Of a DNA stretch of 52,937 nucleotides, positions 1-8,597 are shown in pieces. The notes under the pieces are model-generated. The model was not told the origin of the DNA and searched no databases. It saw only the letters and a program-made list of their open reading frames with translations. The stretch is from Actinomycetota bacterium (GTDB taxonomy: Bacteria; Actinomycetota; Acidimicrobiia; IMCC26256; JAGPDB01). Where the stretch lies: the NCBI GenBank assembly GCA_963169585.1, contig CAUJDU010000035.1, positions 1 to 52,937 on the forward strand. The letters are read 5' to 3'. The position numbers and the translations under genes are program-made. Numbering within the stretch: the first letter of the stretch is position 1; every line of letters starts with the position of its first letter.

Positions 1-1
1 T

Positions 2-1930
2 GCAGATGAAATTAAAGAAATCTGTGAAAAGCTTCAATTCAGATCGCTAGGCGAAAAAATTCTTAGTACTGCGAAGGTGTCTGGATTAAATGGAGTTAAA
101 ACTAAGTCTGCCGGTAAATCCAAAACAAAGGATAAAGACACAAAGGTTCAAGCGATTGGAAAATCCATACCGATAGAAGATGCCGAGCTGGTTGATCTGA
201 CACTAGGAGAGCTTGAGGAACTACTATTAAAACCGGACGGACCAATTGGGATATATCTTGATCCACTAAGTCCTAATGCTCACGTCGATCCAAGTATCGC
301 ATTTCCTTTACCAATGCTTATTTCATACACAAATCTTATCGCCCAACTTAACGTTAAAAATAAAACTGAATTGGGAAAAGTACTGCAAGTATTATCGAAC
401 AATGCCGAAGTAGTTGTTGGTTACGATATTAAATCTTGGGGTAGTTATTTCGAATTGTGTTCACTTGATCAAATACCTGCAAATGATCTATACGTTATGG
501 CGGCTCTAGATGATTCGAGTCGTGGTAAAAAAACCATCGAACAAATGAGCTCTTCATATCTCGGGGTAGCCCCCGTGGATCCACCAGGACAACTCGGTCT
601 TGACGGAATTAGTGAAAATCAAAATAACAATACCGATCTAAGCAGGATCGCCAAAGTGTTTTATCTTCGAGAGCTCTATGTCGAGCTACAAAGTCGATTG
701 CAAAATAAAGAGCTAGAAAAACTCTACTTAGAAATAGAGCGACCGCTTACTCCAGTAATAGGAGAGATTGAAACACATGGCGTATTAGTGGATAGAAAAA
801 GATTGAAAATAATTTCAAAAGACATACATGAGCGGTGTCACAAATATGAACATGAAATCCACTCTTATGCGGGTGAACCGATAAATGTAAATTCAACTAA
901 ACAATTACGGGTAATACTTTTCGATCAGTTGGGTTTAACACCAATTAAGAAAACCAAAACAGGCCCTTCTACTGATGCTGCAACACTGAACGCTTTAAAA
1001 AATGATCATCCAATTATTCCTGCAATATTGAATTATAGAGAAGTAGAAAAACTCCGCAGCACATATATAGATGCTCTTGATCCACTAATCGCACCAGATG
1101 GAAGGATCCATGCAACATTCAATCAGACATTAACTTCAACTGGGCGTATTTCTTCAGAATCACCAAACCTGCAAAACATTCCAATCCGAACGCAGGAGGG
1201 TAAAAATCTTCGTACTATGTTTGTAGCGCCAAAAGATTCACTCCTTTGCTCTATTGACTACTCTCAAATTGAATTGAGAATTCTTGCTCACCTTTCTGGA
1301 GAAAAAACTTTGATTGATGCTTTCAATCGAGGAGAAGATGTTCATTCAACAACTGCAGCCAAAGTGTTCGAAGTCGATCAAAAAGATGTTACTGCCCAGC
1401 AGCGAAGTTTTGCCAAAGTTGTAAATTTTGGAATTGCTTACGGAATGGAAAGCTATGGGTTGGCAACAAGAATGGGAATTGAACCAGGACATGCAAAAGA
1501 AATTCTTGATTCATATTGGGCATCTTTTTCCGATATGAAACAATATTTAGACGACGTCGTTGAACAAGCCAAGAAAGTTGGTTATACAGAAACAATATTT
1601 GGTCGAAGAAGATATTTTCCTGAATTGAACTCATCCATCGCGCGAGTTCGAATTGCTGGTGCAAGGGCAGCGACTAATGCTCCGGTGCAGGGAAGTGCTG
1701 CAGATATCTTTAAGCTGGCAATGGTTCAGGTTTCAAAATATATCAAAGACAATGATCTGCCTGTAAGCACGGTATTGACTGTCCACGATGAGTTGGTGTT
1801 TGAAATCAATGAGGACCAAGCCAACGAATTATCTGGGAGAATAGCTAAAGTAATGGAAAATGTTGTTGAATTGGATGTCCCTCTAGTTGCAGATATAGGT
1901 CTAGGCCCAAATTGGGCAGAGGCCAAATAG
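2..1930 (+). CDS. polA: DNA polymerase I, 5'-truncated by the window edge
   Basis: The frame is open from nt 2 (ADEIKEICEKLQFRSLGEKIL...), so the gene starts upstream of the window. Family-A polymerase motifs are present: DYSQIELRILAH (motif A), RSFAKVVNFGIAYG (motif B) and VHDELVFE (motif C). The stop is TAG at 1928-1930. Confidence 0.95.
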   Translation, partial: ADEIKEICEKLQFRSLGEKILSTAKVSGLNGVKTKSAGKSKTKDKDTKVQAIGKSIPIEDAELVDLTLGELEELLLKPDGPIGIYLDPLSPNAHVDPSIAFPLPMLISYTNLIAQLNVKNKTELGKVLQVLSNNAEVVVGYDIKSWGSYFELCSLDQIPANDLYVMAALDDSSRGKKTIEQMSSSYLGVAPVDPPGQLGLDGISENQNNNTDLSRIAKVFYLRELYVELQSRLQNKELEKLYLEIERPLTPVIGEIETHGVLVDRKRLKIISKDIHERCHKYEHEIHSYAGEPINVNSTKQLRVILFDQLGLTPIKKTKTGPSTDAATLNALKNDHPIIPAILNYREVEKLRSTYIDALDPLIAPDGRIHATFNQTLTSTGRISSESPNLQNIPIRTQEGKNLRTMFVAPKDSLLCSIDYSQIELRILAHLSGEKTLIDAFNRGEDVHSTTAAKVFEVDQKDVTAQQRSFAKVVNFGIAYGMESYGLATRMGIEPGHAKEILDSYWASFSDMKQYLDDVVEQAKKVGYTETIFGRRRYFPELNSSIARVRIAGARAATNAPVQGSAADIFKLAMVQVSKYIKDNDLPVSTVLTVHDELVFEINEDQANELSGRIAKVMENVVELDVPLVADIGLGPNWAEAK

Positions 1931-2039
1931 CGTACCAGTTCTCATTTTGGCGCAAAAAGCGCTAGGATATTCGATGCTTGTGGAAACTCACGAGCCAGAT
2001 TTATCTGCCGTTATTTACAATTATTCAACAGGAGACCTC

Positions 2040-3362
2040 GTGTCCGACAATTCAACACCAACCGTTCCAGAAATTCAAGCTGAAAATTCTGTAGACCAAA
2101 CAAAAGAAATTGATCCAATTACAGAATCAGTAGAAGAAGAAACCATTGCAGTAAATGATCTTGGAATGAGTTTTGCAGATGCAATTCAATCTTCGATAGT
2201 TGAATTTGACGATGGAGATCTTGTTAAAGGTACTGTTGTAAAAATTGACAAAGACGAAGTACTGTTGGATATTGGTTTTAAATCTGAAGGTGTAATACCG
2301 AGCAAAGAACTTTCAATCCGAAATGATGTAGATCCATTTAAAGAAGTCGAACTTGGTGAAGAACTTGAAGTATTAGTTTTAACAAAAGAGGACAAAGACG
2401 GCAGACTCATCTTGAGTAAGAAACGTGCTCAATACGAAAAAGCATGGACCAACATTGAAGAGATTAAAAATGCTGATGGTGTTGTCAAAGGTCTTGCAAT
2501 AGAAGTTGTTAAAGGTGGAGTTATCGTAGACATAGGTCTACGTGGTTTCTTGCCAGCTTCTTTGGTCGACACTAGAAGAGTTCGTGACTTGGCATCGTTG
2601 GTTGGAAAAGAAATTGAATGCAAAATTCTTGAACTAGACCGTAACAGAAATAATGTCGTTCTTTCTAGAAGAGCATTCCTAGAAGAAAACCAAAAAGGCA
2701 ATAGAGACAACTTCCTTGAGCACCTTAAAGTTGGTGAAATCAAAGAGGGTGTCATTTCTTCATTGGTTCCATTTGGTGCATTCGTTGATCTCGGTGGAAT
2801 GGACGGACTTGTTCACGTATCCGAACTTTCATGGAAGCATATTGATTCTCCAGGACAAGTAGTTAAAGTCGGAGATGAAGTTAAAGTTAAGGTTCTAGAA
2901 GTAGATTTAGATCGTGAACGTATTTCACTTTCCCTTAAAGCGACAGAACGTGATCCGTGGACTGAATTTGCAGAAAGCCACCAAATTGGAGAGCTAGTTT
3001 ACGGTAAAGTTAGCAAAGTTGTTCCTTTTGGTTCATTTATCCAAATCGGTGAAGGCATCGAAGGTCTTGTTCATATTTCTGAAATGGCAGAACACCACGT
3101 TGATAATGCAGAACAAGTTGTTCAAACAGATGAAGAACTATGGGTGAAAATTATCGAAATCGATATGGAACGACGCCGAATTTCTCTTTCAATTAAGCAG
3201 GCTGCAGAAGGTGGCGTTGTTGCTGCTGAATATGCTGATGTGTATGGTGAGCATGCTTACGATGAAGATGGAAATCTAATTGAAACAGCTGTTGTAGATG
3301 AAAATGCACAAGCTAGTGCCGTCGAAGAAATTTCATCTGAGGTTTCGACAGAAGAATCTTAA
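2040..3362 (+). CDS. rpsA: 30S ribosomal protein S1
   Basis: It carries repeated S1 OB-fold modules (GDLVKGTVVKIDKDEVLLDIGFKSEGVIP; GVISSLVPFGAFVDLGGMDGLVHVSELS; VYGKVSKVVPFGSFIQIGEGIEGLVHISEM). The track ORF starts at TTG 1947. I prefer the in-frame GTG at 2040, which follows AGGAGA (2030-2035). ATG 1974 is an alternative start. Confidence 0.93.
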   Translation: MSDNSTPTVPEIQAENSVDQTKEIDPITESVEEETIAVNDLGMSFADAIQSSIVEFDDGDLVKGTVVKIDKDEVLLDIGFKSEGVIPSKELSIRNDVDPFKEVELGEELEVLVLTKEDKDGRLILSKKRAQYEKAWTNIEEIKNADGVVKGLAIEVVKGGVIVDIGLRGFLPASLVDTRRVRDLASLVGKEIECKILELDRNRNNVVLSRRAFLEENQKGNRDNFLEHLKVGEIKEGVISSLVPFGAFVDLGGMDGLVHVSELSWKHIDSPGQVVKVGDEVKVKVLEVDLDRERISLSLKATERDPWTEFAESHQIGELVYGKVSKVVPFGSFIQIGEGIEGLVHISEMAEHHVDNAEQVVQTDEELWVKIIEIDMERRRISLSIKQAAEGGVVAAEYADVYGEHAYDEDGNLIETAVVDENAQASAVEEISSEVSTEES

Positions 3363-3369
3363 AGTATTT

Positions 3370-3450
3370 GGGGGTTGAACCCTACAAAAAGAACAAAAAC
3401 GTACATGCTTCGCATGTCGCGTTTTGTGCCTTTTGTAGGGTTCAACCCCC
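3370..3450. terminator. Long perfect-armed hairpin between convergent rpsA and the response regulator, a candidate bidirectional terminator
   Basis: The 20-nt arms GGGGGTTGAACCCTACAAAA (3370-3389) and TTTTGTAGGGTTCAACCCCC (3431-3450) are exact reverse complements. The 41-nt interior contains a further hairpin (ACATGC-TTC-GCATGT). No clear T-tract lies on either side. Confidence 0.55.
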
Positions 3451-3462
3451 AGCTTGTAAGAT

Positions 3463-4113
3463 CTATCTGATTTCGATTATTCCAGTTCGGAGACCTTTAA
3501 GAACGGCTTGAGTTCTGTCTCTTGCATCAAATTTATCATAAATTGATGCTAAGTGGTTCTTTACGGTTTTAACGGAAATGAAGAGATCGCTAGCAACATC
3601 GTTTGTGCTCTTTCCATCTGCAATAAGCTGCAGAATTTCTGTTTCACGTTTCGTTAGTATCCCACCATCGGTATCTAGTTCTTCATTTTCGTCGGGGGTA
3701 AGCTCTGAGCCTGTATCTAAGAGTTGTTTTGCGATTGAAGGAGAGATTAATTCGCCTTGTGCAACTTTTTTTACAACTTCAACAACTTCTGCCATTGGTG
3801 CATCTTTGGTCATAAAAGCTGTTGCACCTGAACTAATGGCTTGATTTACAACTGTTGCTTCACCATGCATAGTCAACATGATTACACGAGACTCAGGGTT
3901 ATTAGCTTTAATAATTTTTAATGCAGAGAGTCCATCCATCACAGGCATCGTTATATCGAGCATAACAATTTCTGGAGTTTTATCGCTAACAAGACGAATG
4001 CCTTCTTCTCCGTCCCCGGCTTCACCGACAACTTCAAAACCGTTATCAGTCAATGCCCGCTTAACTGCTTGGCGAACTAACTTGTGGTCGTCAATTAAAA
4101 CTACGGTTGTCAT
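3463..4113 (-). CDS. NarL/LuxR-family response regulator (REC domain plus LuxR-type HTH)
   Basis: The receiver domain shows VLIDDHKLVRQAV ... DITMPVMDG. The C-terminal HTH reads LTKRETEILQLIADGKSTNDVASDLFISVKTVKNHLASIYDKF. Its ATG overlaps the kinase stop by 4 nt (ATGA). Confidence 0.92.
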   Translation of the reverse strand: MTTVVLIDDHKLVRQAVKRALTDNGFEVVGEAGDGEEGIRLVSDKTPEIVMLDITMPVMDGLSALKIIKANNPESRVIMLTMHGEATVVNQAISSGATAFMTKDAPMAEVVEVVKKVAQGELISPSIAKQLLDTGSELTPDENEELDTDGGILTKRETEILQLIADGKSTNDVASDLFISVKTVKNHLASIYDKFDARDRTQAVLKGLRTGIIEIR

Positions 4114-5768
4114 GAGGGTACCTCAACTTCTGCTTCGATAATAGTGCCTTTCCCTGGCTGTGATGTTACGTTTAACTGAGCATGTATCGTATCGGCCCGT
4201 TCTCGCATACCTATAAGCCCAAAACTCTCTTTCTTTGCGCCATTGTGGCCAAAACCCTTGCCATCATCACGGATTGTAAGGTGAACTTCGTTGTCTTCTA
4301 TTAGCCAACTAACCCAAGCATGGGATGCTTCTGCGTGTTTGTACACATTATTCAGACCTTCTTGCATAATCCTCCACATTTCTCTTTCAACTTGGACGGG
4401 AAGCACTCGTTTAGTCATATTGGTTTCAAATTGAACATCAAGGCCAGTCCGATCACCAAAACGGGGTAGGTATTCTTGAGCTAGAGAATGGAACGGACGA
4501 TCATTATCAACCGTAGCTCGAAGTTCGTAGAGTGTTTCGCGTAGCTCGCCAACAACTTCACGGACTATATCGCGAAGATCACTAAGTTCGGTAATTTGTT
4601 CGTGTTCAGCAATCAAACGTTCCAATTCAAAAGCAACGTAAGCAAGCGATTGTGCGAGTCGGTCGTGAAGATCTCTGGCAATACGGTTTCGTTCTTCTTC
4701 GGCACCCATATTGCGTAGACGCTGGAACCAAAGGGCGTTATCGATAGCCATCGCAAGTGGTTCAGAGATTTCTTGTAGTAATGCTCTGTCTCGCCCAGAA
4801 TATTTATTTTCGTCACTATGCTCTATCGCAACGATCCCAACAACATTACCTCGTGCACGCAACGCTACATACATTCCTGAATGTGCAAGTGTAGAACAAC
4901 CAACATACCCTTCATCAGGGAAAGAATGTGAAATTGCATTCTGAGTCCCAAGGGTTCTAGCAAGAGGAGCCGGGAGCTCATGAACGCTCATCGGTGTAGT
5001 TAGGCGGATACCTTCTGCAAGTTCGACTCGCCATGTATTGTGAGTTGAATCTGCAACCACAATAGCTAAGTATTGCAGATCATAAAGATCATGAAATCTA
5101 TTTCTGGTTGATGCTATAACTTCGCCTAAATCAAGTGAAGCAGGAAGTGATTGAGCAACATCGTGAAGTGCTAGCAGTAGAGAATTGGCTTTACCCATTC
5201 TTTTCATCTCGTCTACGACGAATTGGCTAGAAGCTTCTGCTTCCTTCGCGAATACTCGCATAACCGCACCGATTACACCACTAACTACAAGGATCAATGT
5301 GTTTTGGATCATGTTCTGACTAGATGTGCGTTCAGATGCAACGGCTATTTCAATAGCAGATATGCTTGCTGTAATTATTGCAACTGTTATAAGTGGAACG
5401 ACTATTCCACTCGAAAGACCGATAACAATAAGTATTGGAATTGCAACTAGTACGAACGGGCTTGTCCACTGGTTAGTCAAAGCGATAGCACAAAGCAGTG
5501 AAACAACATCGAAAGCAATATTTAATGTTCTGTCAAGGACTGAGCCTTTGAGCGGTATAGGATAAAAAGTTCTAATGGCTGCATTTAGACAGAGCACTAA
5601 AGTCGCACCGTAAAGCGGATTGAGACTTTCGTTGGTCCGTTCTGAAATTGCGATTACAACACTAAGTGCGATAGTCACCCATCGTAAAGCTGCGATCATT
5701 ATCGCGACACCATTTGATTTAAGCATGGTGGTAGACCGCGAGTGTTCTCTAGGCTGAGGTGAATTCAT
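4110..5768 (-). CDS. Membrane sensor histidine kinase with multi-TM N-terminus, GAF-like domain, HisKA_3 and HATPase_c
   Basis: About 5-6 hydrophobic helices fill the first ~170 aa. The H-box ERNRIARDLHDRLAQSL is NarX/DesK-type HisKA_3. The ATPase motifs are GLNNVYKHA and FGLIGMRERA. It is translationally coupled to the downstream response regulator. Confidence 0.88.
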   Translation of the reverse strand: MNSPQPREHSRSTTMLKSNGVAIMIAALRWVTIALSVVIAISERTNESLNPLYGATLVLCLNAAIRTFYPIPLKGSVLDRTLNIAFDVVSLLCAIALTNQWTSPFVLVAIPILIVIGLSSGIVVPLITVAIITASISAIEIAVASERTSSQNMIQNTLILVVSGVIGAVMRVFAKEAEASSQFVVDEMKRMGKANSLLLALHDVAQSLPASLDLGEVIASTRNRFHDLYDLQYLAIVVADSTHNTWRVELAEGIRLTTPMSVHELPAPLARTLGTQNAISHSFPDEGYVGCSTLAHSGMYVALRARGNVVGIVAIEHSDENKYSGRDRALLQEISEPLAMAIDNALWFQRLRNMGAEEERNRIARDLHDRLAQSLAYVAFELERLIAEHEQITELSDLRDIVREVVGELRETLYELRATVDNDRPFHSLAQEYLPRFGDRTGLDVQFETNMTKRVLPVQVEREMWRIMQEGLNNVYKHAEASHAWVSWLIEDNEVHLTIRDDGKGFGHNGAKKESFGLIGMRERADTIHAQLNVTSQPGKGTIIEAEVEVPS

Positions 5769-5833
5769 AGTACAAAAATGATATCGACTTGAAAATTCCC
5801 TAAGTAAAGGTAAAACGCCTAAACTCTTAGAGT

Positions 5834-6430
5834 ATGCACAAAGTAGCAGTGATTGGACCTATAGGTAGCGGAAAGTCAGAAATAGTGCGCATATGCGCTG
5901 AGATGGACTTTCCAACTATTTCAGCTGACCATATTGCCAAAATGCTTCTTCAGCTACCAGGTATTGCCCATGATGACGTAGCAAAAGCTTTTCCGAATAC
6001 AGTTGATTCAATGGGAAAGATCGATCGTCGAGCTTTGGCCCAGGATGTTTTTAGAAATCAAGAGCACTTAAGATTGCTTGAAAGTTTAATCCACCCACAC
6101 GTATGGCAAATTGTTGCTTCCTTTTTTATGGAATGTGAAAAGAAAAACGAAGAATTCTGTTTTGTAGAAGTAAGTGCACCCGATGACACAATAAAAACTA
6201 GATTTGATGAGATGTGGTGTGTACAAGCAAATGTACAACTCCGAAAAGCGCGATGTGTAGCACGAGGAATGACAGAATCAGACTTTGAAAACAGGAATCT
6301 ATTTCAAAGTGAAAATATAGACTTCAGAGATCTAGCAAGTCGAATAATAATTAACGAAGGTACTCACGAACAATTACAAGAAACTATAAAAGCGTATTGT
6401 GCCGACCTAGCTGAAATTCGGGGCTCATAG
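5834..6430 (+). CDS. coaE: Dephospho-CoA kinase (short form)
   Basis: It has the P-loop VIGPIGSGKSE followed by ISADHIAK. It sits between rpsA and uvrB, as in other actinobacteria. Confidence 0.8.
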   Translation: MHKVAVIGPIGSGKSEIVRICAEMDFPTISADHIAKMLLQLPGIAHDDVAKAFPNTVDSMGKIDRRALAQDVFRNQEHLRLLESLIHPHVWQIVASFFMECEKKNEEFCFVEVSAPDDTIKTRFDEMWCVQANVQLRKARCVARGMTESDFENRNLFQSENIDFRDLASRIIINEGTHEQLQETIKAYCADLAEIRGS

Positions 6431-8422
6431 TTGTTTGAGCTCAATAGCGAATACGAACCGTCTGGAGATCAGCCAAACGCAATTAATGCGTTAGTTGAAG
6501 GTGTGGAAAATGGTTTAGATTACCAAACGCTTTTAGGTATTACTGGTTCAGGAAAATCTTTTACTATAGCTTCGGTTATAGCTAAATTAAATCGACCCGC
6601 ATTAATAATGGCTCCTAATAAATCATTAGCAGCACAATTAGCTAGCGAATTTCGTGGATATTTTCCTAAGAATCGTGTCGAGTATTTTGTTTCGTATTAT
6701 GACTACTACCAACCTGAAGCATATATTGCTCAAACTGATACGTTTATCGAAAAAGATTCCTCAATAAACGATGAAATAGATAGGCTTCGTCACGCTGCAA
6801 CATCCGCTCTTTTAAGCCGTCGAGACACAATTATTGTAGCTAGCGTTTCTGCGATATATGGACTGGGATCTCCTGAATCTTATAAGCGCAATATGGTTTT
6901 CATAGATAAGGGTGAGATTTTTGATCAGCGGGCATTATTAACTCGATTAGTTGAACTTCAATATGAACGTAATGACATTGGATTTCAGAGAAATAAGTTT
7001 CGTGTGCGTGGAGATACTATAGATATTTTTCCAGCATATGAAGAGCGGGTTATTCGAGTCGAACTATTTGGTGATGAAGTAGACAGGATATCTTTAATCG
7101 ATCCACTCACGGGGGAACTTTTCCAAGAGACAGATGCAGTAGCCATATTTCCTGCATCTCATTATGTTGTCGATCCAGTGATTATGGCAAATGCAATCGC
7201 AGAAATTGAAAATGATCTCGATGATAGGTTGGCAATACTTAAAAAGGAGAACAAGCTGGTAGAAGAACAGCGACTGAGATCTCGAACTGAACATGACTTA
7301 GAGATGTTAAGAGAAGTTGGGATTTGCTCTGGTATAGAAAACTATTCACGGTATTTAGATCGTCGAAAACCCGGTGAAGCACCCTACACTTTGCTTGATT
7401 ATTTCCCAGAAGACTTCATCACGATCCTAGATGAGAGTCATGTTACGGTTCCTCAATTACGTGGACAACATGCCGGGGATCTTTCTAGAAAAAATAATTT
7501 AGTTGATTATGGATTTAGATTACCAAGTGCAAAAGATAATCGTCCTTTACGATTTGAAGAAATTGAAGAGAGATTACCTCGTATAATTTTTATGTCCGCA
7601 ACACCTGGCCCATATGAACGCGAAGTTTCAAAGCAAGTTGTTGAGCAAATAATTAGACCAACCGGCTTGTTGGATCCCAACATTGAAGTCCGCCCAACAA
7701 AAGAACAAATCGATAATTTGATGGATGAAATTAAAGATAGTGTAGATAACGGTGAGAGAGTTTTAGTAACGACTTTGACGAAAAAAATGGCTGAAGATCT
7801 TACTGAATACTTGCAAGATGCTTCAATGAAGGTTCGTTATTTACATTCTGATATTGACACGATCGAGAGAATAGAAATTTTACGGGATTTACGTCTTGGT
7901 GAGTGTGATGTCGTAGTAGGAATTAACTTGTTGAGAGAAGGATTGGATCTACCTGAAGTTTCTCTTGTAGCAATTTTAGATGCAGATAAGGAAGGTTTTT
8001 TACGATCTCAAACTTCTCTTATTCAAACGATTGGTCGGGCTGCAAGAAATGTCAACGGGCGAGTAATTATGTATGCAGATAAAATTACAGATTCCATGAA
8101 GTATGCGATATCTGAAACGAATCGACGTCGTATGCTTCAAATCAAATACAACGAAAAAAATGGTATTAACCCAACTCCAATCGTGAAAGCTGTTTCTGAC
8201 ATATTAGATATGCTCCGAGGTGGGGAAAAACGACAAGTAAGTAGGGTAGATATTTCATCTCTGGCAGAGTTAGGCCAAGATGGTGTTAAGAGGTTGATCA
8301 CATCGTTGGAAGACGAAATGCATGAAGCCGCAAAAGAGCTTAATTTTGAGGAAGCTGCAAGGCTGAGAGATGAAGTTTCGACTATCCGTAAAGAGCTAAA
8401 AGAAATGGTGGGGTTATTCTGA
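6431..8422 (+). CDS. uvrB: Excinuclease ABC subunit B
   Basis: The N-terminus reads [11 protein letters not shown], the Walker A is GITGSGKSF, and the C-terminal UVR motif is [11 protein letters not shown]. The TTG start lies immediately after the coaE stop. Confidence 0.97.
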   Translation: MFELNSEYEPSGDQPNAINALVEGVENGLDYQTLLGITGSGKSFTIASVIAKLNRPALIMAPNKSLAAQLASEFRGYFPKNRVEYFVSYYDYYQPEAYIAQTDTFIEKDSSINDEIDRLRHAATSALLSRRDTIIVASVSAIYGLGSPESYKRNMVFIDKGEIFDQRALLTRLVELQYERNDIGFQRNKFRVRGDTIDIFPAYEERVIRVELFGDEVDRISLIDPLTGELFQETDAVAIFPASHYVVDPVIMANAIAEIENDLDDRLAILKKENKLVEEQRLRSRTEHDLEMLREVGICSGIENYSRYLDRRKPGEAPYTLLDYFPEDFITILDESHVTVPQLRGQHAGDLSRKNNLVDYGFRLPSAKDNRPLRFEEIEERLPRIIFMSATPGPYEREVSKQVVEQIIRPTGLLDPNIEVRPTKEQIDNLMDEIKDSVDNGERVLVTTLTKKMAEDLTEYLQDASMKVRYLHSDIDTIERIEILRDLRLGECDVVVGINLLREGLDLPEVSLVAILDADKEGFLRSQTSLIQTIGRAARNVNGRVIMYADKITDSMKYAISETNRRRMLQIKYNEKNGINPTPIVKAVSDILDMLRGGEKRQVSRVDISSLAELGQDGVKRLITSLEDEMHEAAKELNFEEAARLRDEVSTIRKELKEMVGLF

Positions 8423-8567
8423 CCTTAATCCCTCTCTAATCTCTCTATTGCGTTGGGCCGAAAAAGGTTGGGAAATTAGACCTTTACAACCATACACTCT
8501 GCAATCCAAAAGCGTTTGGTTGTAAACTTTCGATAAAGTAACCTTTTTCGACCTAATGCAAAGTATG

Positions 8568-8581
8568 GGAACGTATGTTCG
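8568..8581 (+). promoter_or_regulatory. Candidate LexA (SOS, Cheo-type) box upstream of uvrA
   Basis: GGAACGTATGTTCG contains the palindromic GAAC-N4-GTTC core of the Gram-positive/actinobacterial LexA operator. It lies 17 nt upstream of the uvrA ATG at 8598 and next to a TATGAT hexamer (8584-8589). Confidence 0.55.
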
Positions 8582-8597
8582 TGTATGATGAGGTTTT

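Noticed and set aside
77-700. Loss of the 3'-5' exonuclease active site in PolA as something novel. No DxE-type Exo I motif is visible; the region reads IYLDPLSPN.
   Set aside because: Proofreading-deficient Pol I is already well known in actinobacteria and in Thermus. I also cannot align the degenerate domain reliably by eye.
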